Shown piece by piece: positions 20,919 through 30,561 of a DNA stretch of 64,000 nucleotides. The first letter of the stretch is position 1; the number at the start of each line of letters is the position of its first letter. The position numbers and the translations under genes are program-made. The notes under the pieces were generated by a model. That model saw only the letters and a program-made list of their open reading frames with translations, was not told the origin of the DNA and searched no databases. The stretch covers positions 544,001 through 608,000 of the forward strand of contig CAWGMA010000004.1 of assembly GCA_963823555.1 (NCBI GenBank), read 5' to 3'. The DNA is from Candidatus Eiseniibacteriota bacterium (GTDB lineage: Bacteria > Eisenbacteria > RBG-16-71-46 > CAVPCR01).

Positions 20919-22553
20919 CTAGGGCCCGTGGCTCTGTGCTCCCCGCGCTCGGATCCGCCACAGGTCGCCGTAGACTCGAGTCTCCATCGGCTGAACATCG
21001 TATCTCGTCGTCAGTTCCTCAAGCCACTCCTCGCGACTGCGTCCCGAGATGGCTGCGATCTCTTCCCATCCGCTGGTCGCCGCGGCATCGGCCGCCGTGA
21101 AGACGTTGAGCGCGAAGACGCGCCCCCCGGTCTCGAGCGTCCGGTCGATGGTGTCGAGGAGCGCCTCGTGATAGGCCTCCTTCCCCAGCGGCAAGCCATA
21201 GATCAGGCTCACCGCGCGCGCCTCCCCGAGCGCCTGGAGGTACGGTCCCCAGCCGCCCACGTTGAGTAGCACGTCGGCGGGGTCCACTCGTTCCGCGAAC
21301 AGACGCGCGCGTTGCCAGGACTGGCTGCCGTTCCGATCGAGAAGCGTCGGCACCGGGGTCGGAGCATTGGCGATCGCAAGCGCCAGGGCGGCCGCGACCA
21401 CCGCCAGCGCGGTTCCCGGTGCCGCCGGATGGCCTGAACGCCAACCCCGGGTGCTGCGCACGGCATGAACAGCGCTCCACGTGCCGAGGAAGGGCAAGAG
21501 TGGCAGCCAGAACTGGGGATCACTACCCAGCCACAGGAAGTTGAACAAGGCAACGGGGACGAGCGCCACCCAGGCGGCGAGCCACACCAGGCGCTCCTTC
21601 TCGCCTGGCGGCCGGGCGAGGAGGGGGAGCGTGACGACGAGAGCCAGGAGCGCGCCCAGCGCGAAACGCATCCAATCGAGATCGGGCACCGGCACGGGTG
21701 CCTCCCCAGACAACCTGGCTTTCAGCGCGGTCGTGACCGCCGTGTCCCCGGTGAAGGCGTTGATGAGTCCAGACCCCGCGCGGAGCACGTTGGCGAAGGT
21801 GAGCTCCCCCTGTTCGGGAAGCCGATCGGTGGAGGCGTGGGTCGTCAATTTCTCGATCACGGCCTGGGGGCTCGATCCCACGGCGATCCACGGCACGAGG
21901 ACGAGAGCGACCATGGTCACGAGCGCGCTGGCAACCAGAAAGCCGAGGATGGTCCGGCCACGGGCTCGGGATTCCGTTCCCAGCGTGTTGAAGAGAGCGA
22001 GCGCCGGCATCAGCGCGGCGCAGTTGAGCGCGCACAGGATCGAGAGGGCGGCCGGGATTGCGGGGAGGACGATCCGCCGGCGGGAGCGCGAACGCGCGGC
22101 CAGATTCAGGGTCAGGAGCAGGAAGAAGTTGGCGAGGATGCCGGTCTCGGCCTCGCGGCTGTGGAGCCAGTGCGCAAACGTGGCGGCGAGCGCCAGCGCG
22201 TAGGCGAAGGCGACGGGGAGCGGGACGCCGAGCCGGACGAGCCAGAGCAGGAAGAGTCCGCATGCCGCGGCACCCAGGAGCGAGTTCAACGCCTGGATGG
22301 GAATGAAGGCGGGCCCCCGATAGCCCACGCGGGCGGAGATCGCGAGCGCCAGCCGATCGGCTGGTGTGACGAGGAGGTGATGCGGGTTCAGCTCGAGTGG
22401 CTGAGTGAGCGTGGCCGCAATCTGCGCCATGGCGTCGCCGCTCGCCGGGAGCACGATGGGCATCGTGAGCGCATACAGGGCGAGGACGAGCCCCGAGGCA
22501 ACGAGCGCAAGGGCCACGCTGGCGGCCGTGGCTGGCAGGGGCCACCGGTTCAT
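20919..22553 (-). CDS. Multi-pass membrane protein, GT-C-like glycosyltransferase candidate
   Basis: Many TM helices; SGDA, NPHHLL and HSREAE motifs recall DUF2723/PMT-like proteins; lies next to glycan genes. Confidence 0.55.
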   Translation of the reverse strand: MNRWPLPATAASVALALVASGLVLALYALTMPIVLPASGDAMAQIAATLTQPLELNPHHLLVTPADRLALAISARVGYRGPAFIPIQALNSLLGAAACGLFLLWLVRLGVPLPVAFAYALALAATFAHWLHSREAETGILANFFLLLTLNLAARSRSRRRIVLPAIPAALSILCALNCAALMPALALFNTLGTESRARGRTILGFLVASALVTMVALVLVPWIAVGSSPQAVIEKLTTHASTDRLPEQGELTFANVLRAGSGLINAFTGDTAVTTALKARLSGEAPVPVPDLDWMRFALGALLALVVTLPLLARPPGEKERLVWLAAWVALVPVALFNFLWLGSDPQFWLPLLPFLGTWSAVHAVRSTRGWRSGHPAAPGTALAVVAAALALAIANAPTPVPTLLDRNGSQSWQRARLFAERVDPADVLLNVGGWGPYLQALGEARAVSLIYGLPLGKEAYHEALLDTIDRTLETGGRVFALNVFTAADAAATSGWEEIAAISGRSREEWLEELTTRYDVQPMETRVYGDLWRIRARGAQSHGP

Positions 22554-22627
22554 CGCGCCGCAGTCTACCAGCTGGCAACAGGTTGGGCCATCGGCCGGGG
22601 AGCCGGGAGTGGATTCGGGTCGCCCTC

Positions 22628-22656
22628 TTGACGTCCGGGGCCGGGTTCGGTATACC
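22628..22656 (+). promoter_or_regulatory. Candidate sigma70 promoter
   Basis: TTGACG-N17-TATACC in the divergent intergenic region. Confidence 0.4.
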
Positions 22657-22998
22657 CGGCCACCGCCAGGACATTGGAGTCCAAGAACCGGCAGACACCT
22701 CGCTTCAGCCATCATCCTTTCCGGGGAAGTCACTCCTGGCGCGGAATGTGCGACTCCGAGTGGAAGGACCTGGATCGAGCGGCCAATGGAGCAGGTGGTG
22801 CAGTGCCCCCACCAACCCGCTACCAAGGGGGATGTGGAGGGAGAGCGACCTTGAGATGTCGCTTCCTGTTCCGATTGTGATCGGCTCGCGGCCCCAGAGC
22901 CGCAAACGTGAACCCCTCCGGAGGTCGACCCTCCTCGTTCCGCCCTATCGCTGTTGCCATTCCCAGGCCTGGTCGTTCGGACTCGAGGCTGAGGGCCC

Positions 22999-23850
22999 AT
23001 GGCGATCAAACGATTCCTGATTCAGAGCGTCTCCGAGGCCGCCCGCGCCAACGCCACCGGGCAGGATGTGAGCGTTTGGGATGAGTGGTGGCAGCGCCAG
23101 TACGCGGGGCTGCCCCTCCGCGAGCGCATCGAGCGCGGCGTGGCCTCGGTCGAGCACGATCCGATCCTCCCTTATATTCTCGAGAACCTCTCCCTCGGGG
23201 ATCGAGTGCTGGAGGCCGGCTGCGGTCTCGCCCGGTTCGTGATCTACCTGCATCGCCAGGGCCATGACGTCACCGGTGTCGATTTCTCGCAGGCGACGGT
23301 GCGCACACTCCTCGGCTTCGACCCCTCGCTCGCGGTCGAAGTGGCCGATGTCAAGAAGCTGCCCTATGCCGACGGCACCTTCGATATCTACCTCTCGATC
23401 GGCGTCGTCGAGCACTTCGAGGAGGGACCCGCCGCCGCCCTGGCCGAGGCCTACCGCGTGCTGCGGCCAGGCGGTCGGCTCATCCTCCAGGTGCCGTGCG
23501 GGAATCTGCTCGCCCGCTTCCTGCAACGACCCTGGGATTCCGCCTGGCGGCGGGTGATGCGGACCCCGCTCGTTCGCCGCATGGCCCACCGTTCGCCACG
23601 GGCGGCGGAGCGATTCTTCCAGTACGAGTACTCACCGCGGGAGATGGCGCGCTTCGTTCGCGCCGCCGGGTTCAGACAGGAGAGGCTCGTCCCCTACTTC
23701 CACGAGGCCGGGCTGGTGGCAGCGCTCGGTCTCCGTGCGGTGCTGGGCACGCACTACCGGTTGTTGCCCGTCGTCATCGCCGCGCGCGGCATGCGCTGCC
23801 TGTCGCCGTGGCTGACGCCGGCGCATCTGCTTGTCCTGGCCCGCCGTTGA
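22999..23850 (+). CDS. Class I SAM-dependent methyltransferase
   Basis: VLEAGCGLAR, GVDFS, DVKKLPYADGTFD, VLRPGG. Confidence 0.88.
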   Translation: MAIKRFLIQSVSEAARANATGQDVSVWDEWWQRQYAGLPLRERIERGVASVEHDPILPYILENLSLGDRVLEAGCGLARFVIYLHRQGHDVTGVDFSQATVRTLLGFDPSLAVEVADVKKLPYADGTFDIYLSIGVVEHFEEGPAAALAEAYRVLRPGGRLILQVPCGNLLARFLQRPWDSAWRRVMRTPLVRRMAHRSPRAAERFFQYEYSPREMARFVRAAGFRQERLVPYFHEAGLVAALGLRAVLGTHYRLLPVVIAARGMRCLSPWLTPAHLLVLARR

Positions 23851-23889
23851 CCGCGCCCCCGCGCGGTCGGCGATGTTGCGGCGGCAGCG

Positions 23890-25496
23890 CTAGCGGCTGA
23901 TCACGACCTTCCGGGTCGCGGCGGTCCTCTGGCCTTCGGCGCGAAGCAGGTAGATCCCGCTGGGGAGGTCGGCAAAGCCGAGCCGGACCCCCATCGAGCC
24001 TGTCGCATCGACCATGATCTCTCTCCGGCTCACCGCGCGGCCCGAGACGTCGAACAAGGTCAGGCGGACCGGCGCTTCCTCGAGAGCCTCCAGCGTGACG
24101 CGCGCATGATCCCGAGCTGGATTGGGGCTGATGTTCGTGATGGTCAGCGCCTCGAGGGCGGGTGCGTCGGCCGCCTCGAGGAGATCCGCCGTCGGCAACG
24201 GATCGGCGAGACTCGCCAGGGTCGCGATGCCGGCGCGGGCGCAGTTCGTGCCGAAGGGGAAGTAAGACTGGTAGTTGATCAGGAGATCGCTCGTCCGGTG
24301 GTAATGGGGATTGCCGGACAGATAGATCTCGATGCCCTCGATGGCGCGATAGCCCACCTGCCAGAAGGAGTAGTGGTCGCTCCCCGACGAGCTCGGGGAA
24401 TAGACGAGGCTCACGTTCAGGTCGGGTACGTAGCTTGCCGCCGCCGTGCCGAAGGCCTGGGCGATGGGAAATGAGTTGCTGTTGTAGACGATCTTGATCG
24501 AGTCATGGCCGATGGGGCCGAACAGCAACATGTCCAGATTGACCACGCCGCGAATGAGATCCCCGTTGGCGGCCGCGGCGGCCGCGTAGACCCGGCTACC
24601 GCACAGGCCCTGTTCTTCGGCGCCGAAGCAGATGAAGCGCACCGTGTACTTGAAATCGTAGGCCGCCATCACCCGCGCCGCCTCGAGCACGGTGGCCGAG
24701 CCGCTGGCGTTGTCGTCGGCTCCCGGCGCGACCGCCTCGGGGGTCGAGGGGCTGCCGGCCGTCGAGTCGAGATGGCCGCAGATGATGAAGACGGAATCCG
24801 GATAGACGGCTCCCGGCTTCTCTGCAACCACGTTCCAGCAAGTGAAGTCCGCTCCCGACCACGGGTCGGCGACATATTCCTCGATCTCGGCCGGAATGCC
24901 GTAGGACTCGAAGACATCGTGAGCGTAGAGGCAGGCATTCATGAAGTTCGTGTGACGGGCATTGCGCGTGGTGAAGTCCTCCAGGTCCTGGATGACTCCC
25001 TGATAGCTGGCATCGCTGACCGCCGCGACGATATCGGCGACCAGATCGGGGTGGGCCGGGCTCGGGAGGGGCGACACGGCCTCCAGGGCGGCTCCCAGCT
25101 GCATCGTACGCAGCTCGACCACTCCCCGGATGCCATCGAGCCGGAAGTCTGGAGCGATGTCGCCTTCCTGCCTGACGATGAGCGCGAGATCCCGCGCGAA
25201 GAGGATGCGGCCGAGACGTTCCGCCGTGGACCGGCCTGCAGGGGAAACGAGCTCGACCTTGAGGTAGCGGGCGGCGCCGATCTCGCCGCGATCGAGGATG
25301 GTGTGGGGGGGAGGATGTCGAGGCGGTCCCCGGCGACCTTGGCGATCAGGTAGTCGGTCCCCACATCGAGGACTTCCACTTCGTCGAGCCAGGCTTCACC
25401 CTGGGTCTCGCGGATATCGGTGTCGATCGCCACCAGGCAGTCCGGCGGCTGGATCGCGGTCACGAGGAGAGGAAGAGCCAGAAGCAAACCGAGCAT
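23890..25496 (-). CDS. Secreted M28 aminopeptidase with C-terminal T9SS/FlgD-like sorting domain; one frameshift at the G7 tract 25305-25311
   Basis: GHLDS, PGADDNASG, AEEQGL, SDH, YHRTSD; C-terminal SPNP...LFDVSGR...LPSGIYLLR. Adding one C on the minus strand joins the signal-peptide ORF (ATG 25496, RBS GGAGGT) into a 535-aa protein. Confidence 0.85.
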
Positions 25497-25943
25497 CACG
25501 ACCTCCGTGGCGTTGAGGTCCTTGAAGGCGCGGCCTGTCCCATCATTATAGAACAAACCGGCGGCGCCGGGCCGGACGCCTTGGCCCTGCGGTTCTCCTG
25601 GGCTTTGCTTTCGCCTGGTCCCGGTGCTAGTCTACCGTCCGGCGGTTTTTTCTATCCCCAGGCAATTGCATTTGTCCGAAAGCGGCTCGATATCCCAGTC
25701 GCGGCCAGGAACGGCCGCCGCGGGTTTCCCGGGTAGGACACCCGCACACCCGAAGTCCCGGAGCTTTCCCATTCGTCTTCGCGGATTACCCGACTGGGGA
25801 TCGCTTCTTGCTCGCTCGGCCTGGGGCCATGCCCAATCCGGCTGCCCGACCGCCTGCCGCCCGAGCAGCGTCTGTTTAAGGAGCATCTTGCCATGAGCGG
25901 CGCTACCACCTTGGCCGGTCCTTCCGATGTGAGGAAAGACTCC

Positions 25944-28900
25944 ATGATCACATTGGCGAAGCGTTCGATGGTCACCGTCGATGGGAACGAGGCCGTGGCC
26001 TCGGTGGCCCATCGGCTGAGCGAGACCATCGCCATCTATCCCATCACTCCATCCTCGCCCATGGGCGAGCTGTCGGATGAATGGTCGGTGCAGGGCAAGA
26101 CCAACATCTGGGGAGTGGTGCCAGAAGTCATCGAGATGCAGTCGGAAGGAGGCGCTGCGGGCGCCGTCCACGGAGCGCTGCAGGCCGGCGCTCTGTCGAC
26201 GACCTTCACCTCGTCTCAGGGGCTGCTGCTCATGATCCCCAACATGTACAAGATCGCCGGGGAGCTCACCGCGTTCTGCATGCATGTCGCCGCCCGCACC
26301 GTGGCCACGCACGCGCTCTCCATCTTCGGCGACCACTCCGATGTCATGGCCTGCCGGCAGATCGGCTTCGCCATGCTCGCCGGCGGCTCGGTGCAGGAGG
26401 CTCATGACATGGCGGCGATCGGTCATGCCGCCACCCTCCGCGCACGGGTGCCGTTCCTCAACTTCTTCGATGGCTTCCGCACCTCCCATGAGGTCTCGAA
26501 GATCGAGGAGCTGAGCGATGACGACCTGCGGGCCTTGATCGACGAGGAGCTCGTCAAGGCGCACCGCATGCGCGCGCTCACGCCGGACCGTCCAGTGCTC
26601 CGGGGCACGGCGCAGAACCCGGATGCCTTCTTTCAGGCCCGGGAAGCGGGGAACGGTTACTACGATGCTTGCCCCCTCGTGGTCAAGGAGGCGATGGAGC
26701 GGTTCGCGGATCGGACCGGGCGCCGTTACCGGCTCTTCGACTACGTGGGACATCCCGAGGCCGAGCGCATCGTGGTGCTCATGGGATCGGGCGCCGAGAC
26801 CGCCCACGAGACGGTCGAGGCGATGGCGTCGCGGGGCGAGAAGGTCGGCGCGATCAAGGTCCGGCTCTATCGCCCGTTCTCGGTCCCGGACTTCATGGCC
26901 GTGATCCCGCCCACGGTCCAGTCGATCGCCGTTCTCGACCGCACCAAGGAGCCGGGCGCCATCGGGGAGCCGCTCTATCTCGATGTCATCGCCGCCCTCC
27001 GCGAGGCCCGGACCGCCGGGATCTCGCCGCTGGCCTCCGACCCGGTGATCGTGGGGGGACGCTACGGACTCTCCTCCAAGGAGTTCAACCCGGCGATGGT
27101 CAAGGCGGTCCTCGACCACCTGAAGGCGGAGAAGCCGAAGAACCACTTCACGATCGGCATCGTCGACGACGTCACGCACACCTCGCTCGACTGGGACCGC
27201 GATTTCGAGCTCACCTTCGAGGGGCGCGTGCAGGCGGTGTTCTTCGGTCTCGGCGCCGACGGCACGGTCGGGGCCAACAAGAACTCGATCAAGATCATCG
27301 GCGAGGAGACGCGGAACTACGCACAGGGCTACTTCGTCTACGATTCGAAGAAGTCCGGAGCCATCACCATTTCCCATCTCCGCTTCGGTCCGGAACCGAT
27401 CCACTCCACCTATCTCGTCAAGAGCGCGGGCTTCGTTGCCTGCCACCAGTGGGTGTTCCTCGAGACGTTCGCCATGCTCGAGTACGCGAAGCCCGGTGCG
27501 GTGTTCCTGCTCAATTCCCCCTTCCCGCCGGAGAAAGTGTGGGATGAGCTGCCGCGGGAGGTGCAGGAGGAGATGATCGAGAAGAAGATCAAGCTCTACG
27601 TGATCGATGCCTACGAGGTGGCGAAGGACACCGGCATGGGCGGCCGCATCAACTCGATCATGCAGACCTGCTTCTTCGCCATCTCGGGCGTGCTCCCGCG
27701 CGAGGAGGCCATCGCCAAGATCAAGGAGGCGATCGAGAAGACCTACGGCAAGAAGGGGGCGGAGATCGTCCGGCGGAACTTCGCCGCCGTCGACGAGACG
27801 CTCGCGCATCTCCATGAGGTCGAGGTGCCGGAGCGCGTGACGGCGACCCGGATGCGGCCGCCGGTGGTGGCCGACGAGGCCCCCGATTTCGTGAAGCGCG
27901 TGACGGCGGTCATGGTGGCCAACCACGGCGACCTGCTGCCGGTGAGCGCGTTCCCCATCGACGGCACCTGGCCCACCGGCACCGCCAGGTGGGAGAAGCG
28001 CAACATCGCTCTCGAGATCCCGGTATGGGATCCGGCGATCTGCATCCAGTGCAACAAGTGCGCGCTGGTCTGCCCGCATGCGGCGATCCGGGCCAAGATC
28101 TACGAGCCGGCGGTGCTGGGCGGGGCGCCCGCCACCTTCAAATCGATCGATTTCAAGTCTCCCGAGATCAAGGGGCATCGTTACACCATCCAGGTGGCGC
28201 CCGAGGACTGCACGGGCTGCACCTTGTGCGTGATGATCTGCCCGGCCAAGGACAAGTCGAATCCGAAGCACAAGGCGATCGACATGCACCCGCAGCCGCC
28301 GCTGCGCGAGAAGGAGCGCGCGAACTACGCCTACTTCCTCGATATCCCGGAGTTCGACCGCACTGCGCTCAAGCTCGATCTCAAGGGCTCGCAGTTCCTC
28401 GAGCCGCTCTTCGAGTACTCGGGAGCCTGCTCCGGCTGCGGCGAGACCCCGTATGTCAAGCTCCTGACCCAGCTGTTCGGCGACCGCGCTCTCATCGGCA
28501 ACGCCACCGGATGTTCATCGATCTACGGCGGCAACTTGCCGACGACTCCTTACACGACCAATCGCGAGGGCAGGGGCCCGGCGTGGTCGAACTCGCTGTT
28601 CGAGGACAACGCCGAGTTCGGTCTCGGCTTGCGGCTTGGCGTCGACCATCATGCCGAGCACGCGCGGCACCTGCTCGTGAACCTGGCCTCCGAGCTGGGT
28701 GCCGAGCTCGTCCGCGGGCTCCTCGAGGCCGACCAGTCGAGCGAGAAGGGGCTCAAGGAGCAGCGTGAGCGGGTGGCGCTCCTCAAGGAGCGCCTGAAGG
28801 GCCTGCGCTCTGCCGAGGCGCGGCGACTCGAGGAGCTGGCCGACTACCTGGTCAAGAAGAGCGTGTGGATCATGGGCGGTGACGGCTGGGCCTATGACAT

Positions 28901-29555
28901 CGGTTTCGGCGGTCTGGATCACGTGCTCTCGATGCATCACGACATCAATGTGCTCGTCCTCGACACCGAGGTCTACTCGAACACCGGCGGCCAGCAGTCG
29001 AAGGCCACGCCGCTCGGCGCCGCCGCCAAGTTCGCCATGGCCGGCAAGCAGATCCCGAAGAAGGATCTCGGCATGATGGCGATGGGATACGGCCACGTCT
29101 ATGTGGCCCGGGTCGCCTTCGGCGCCAAGGACGTGCAGACCGTACGCGCTTTCCAGGAGGCCGAGTCCTATCCGGGACCTTCGCTCATCATCGCCTACTC
29201 GCACTGCATTGCACACGGCTACGACATGGCCTACGGGTGCCAGCAGCAGGGGCTCGCCGTGGATGCCGGCGTGTGGCCGCTCTATCGCTTCGATCCGCGG
29301 CGGGTCAAGGCCGGCGAGCCGCCGCTCAAGCTCGACTCGGGAGCGCCCAAGATCCCGGTCAAGCAGTACATGCAGAACGAGACCCGCTTCCGGATGACCG
29401 AGAAGCTGGATCCGGAGCGCTACAAGCTGCTGCTCAGGTGGGCCCAGAAGGCGACCGAGCAGCGATTCGCCGTCTACGAGCAGCTGGCCAAGGTGATCGT
29501 GCCCCAGACCGGCGCCATCCCGGAGGGCGAACCTCCGGCCGACGCGGAGAGCTAG
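25944..29555 (+). CDS. nifJ: Pyruvate:ferredoxin (flavodoxin) oxidoreductase
   Basis: DGNEA, YPITPSS, MQSEGGAAG, two 4Fe-4S motifs (CIQCNKC, CTGCTLC), ACSGCGE, GGDGWAYDIG. Confidence 0.96.
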   Translation: MITLAKRSMVTVDGNEAVASVAHRLSETIAIYPITPSSPMGELSDEWSVQGKTNIWGVVPEVIEMQSEGGAAGAVHGALQAGALSTTFTSSQGLLLMIPNMYKIAGELTAFCMHVAARTVATHALSIFGDHSDVMACRQIGFAMLAGGSVQEAHDMAAIGHAATLRARVPFLNFFDGFRTSHEVSKIEELSDDDLRALIDEELVKAHRMRALTPDRPVLRGTAQNPDAFFQAREAGNGYYDACPLVVKEAMERFADRTGRRYRLFDYVGHPEAERIVVLMGSGAETAHETVEAMASRGEKVGAIKVRLYRPFSVPDFMAVIPPTVQSIAVLDRTKEPGAIGEPLYLDVIAALREARTAGISPLASDPVIVGGRYGLSSKEFNPAMVKAVLDHLKAEKPKNHFTIGIVDDVTHTSLDWDRDFELTFEGRVQAVFFGLGADGTVGANKNSIKIIGEETRNYAQGYFVYDSKKSGAITISHLRFGPEPIHSTYLVKSAGFVACHQWVFLETFAMLEYAKPGAVFLLNSPFPPEKVWDELPREVQEEMIEKKIKLYVIDAYEVAKDTGMGGRINSIMQTCFFAISGVLPREEAIAKIKEAIEKTYGKKGAEIVRRNFAAVDETLAHLHEVEVPERVTATRMRPPVVADEAPDFVKRVTAVMVANHGDLLPVSAFPIDGTWPTGTARWEKRNIALEIPVWDPAICIQCNKCALVCPHAAIRAKIYEPAVLGGAPATFKSIDFKSPEIKGHRYTIQVAPEDCTGCTLCVMICPAKDKSNPKHKAIDMHPQPPLREKERANYAYFLDIPEFDRTALKLDLKGSQFLEPLFEYSGACSGCGETPYVKLLTQLFGDRALIGNATGCSSIYGGNLPTTPYTTNREGRGPAWSNSLFEDNAEFGLGLRLGVDHHAEHARHLLVNLASELGAELVRGLLEADQSSEKGLKEQRERVALLKERLKGLRSAEARRLEELADYLVKKSVWIMGGDGWAYDIGFGGLDHVLSMHHDINVLVLDTEVYSNTGGQQSKATPLGAAAKFAMAGKQIPKKDLGMMAMGYGHVYVARVAFGAKDVQTVRAFQEAESYPGPSLIIAYSHCIAHGYDMAYGCQQQGLAVDAGVWPLYRFDPRRVKAGEPPLKLDSGAPKIPVKQYMQNETRFRMTEKLDPERYKLLLRWAQKATEQRFAVYEQLAKVIVPQTGAIPEGEPPADAES

Positions 29556-29563
29556 GAGCAAGT

Positions 29564-30559
29564 ATGGACCTCTCGACCCATTACCTCGGCTTCGCGCTCG
29601 CGAATCCGTTCATGCCGGGAGCCTCGCCTCTCGTTGACGACCTCGACACCGTGAAGCGTCTCGAGGACGCTGGCGCCGCCGCCATCGTCATGCACTCGCT
29701 CTTCGAGGAGCAGATCGTGCTCGAGCAGGTGTCCACGTTCAAGAGCACCGAAGGTCACAGCGGCACCTTTGCCGAGGCGCAATCCTTTCTCCCGGATCCG
29801 GACTGGTTCCAACTGGGCCCGGAGGAGTACCTGGATCATCTCCGGCGAGTGAAGGCGGCGGTCTCGGTGCCGGTGATCGCTTCCCTCAATGGCAACACGC
29901 TCGGGGGCTGGCTCGATCACGCTCGCCTGATGGCGGAGGCGGGAGCGGACGCCATCGAGCTCAACCTCTACTCGCTCGCCGCCGACCCCAAGCAGTCGGG
30001 CCAGATGATCGAGGATCGCGCCGTGGAGGTGGTGCGTGCGGTGAAGGGGGCGGTGGCGGTGCCGGTGGCGCTGAAGCTGTCGCCCTTCTACACGTCGCTC
30101 TCGCACACGGCGCGGCGCCTCATCGACGCCGGCGCCGACGGACTCGTGCTCTTCAACCGCTTCTACCAGCCGGACATCGACGTGGACCAGCTCGAGGTGC
30201 TGCGCTCGCTCCATCTCTCGAACTCGAGCGAGCTGCCGCTGCGCTTGAACTGGCTCGCCATCCTCTCGAGTCAGGTCGATACCTCCTATGCCGTGACCGG
30301 GGGGGTGCACACAGCGATCGATGCGGTGAAGTCGGTGATGGCGGGAGCCGATGCGGTGCAGATGGTCTCGGCCCTCCTGCAGCGCGGCCCAGGCTACCTG
30401 GCGACGATCCAGAAGGAGATGGTTACCTGGATGGAGGAGCACGAGTACCACTCCCTCAAGCAGATGCGGCGGAGCATGAACCTGGCGAGCGTGCCCGATC
30501 CGTCGGCCTTCGAGCGCGCCAACTACATGAAGATCCTCCAGTCCTGGCGGGACATGTAG
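29564..30559 (+). CDS. Dihydroorotate dehydrogenase-like flavoprotein
   Basis: HSLFEEQ, IASLNG, KLSPF, LFNRFYQPDID, TGGVH, FERANY; 8 bp after nifJ. Confidence 0.9.
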   Translation: MDLSTHYLGFALANPFMPGASPLVDDLDTVKRLEDAGAAAIVMHSLFEEQIVLEQVSTFKSTEGHSGTFAEAQSFLPDPDWFQLGPEEYLDHLRRVKAAVSVPVIASLNGNTLGGWLDHARLMAEAGADAIELNLYSLAADPKQSGQMIEDRAVEVVRAVKGAVAVPVALKLSPFYTSLSHTARRLIDAGADGLVLFNRFYQPDIDVDQLEVLRSLHLSNSSELPLRLNWLAILSSQVDTSYAVTGGVHTAIDAVKSVMAGADAVQMVSALLQRGPGYLATIQKEMVTWMEEHEYHSLKQMRRSMNLASVPDPSAFERANYMKILQSWRDM

Positions 30560-30561
30560 GG

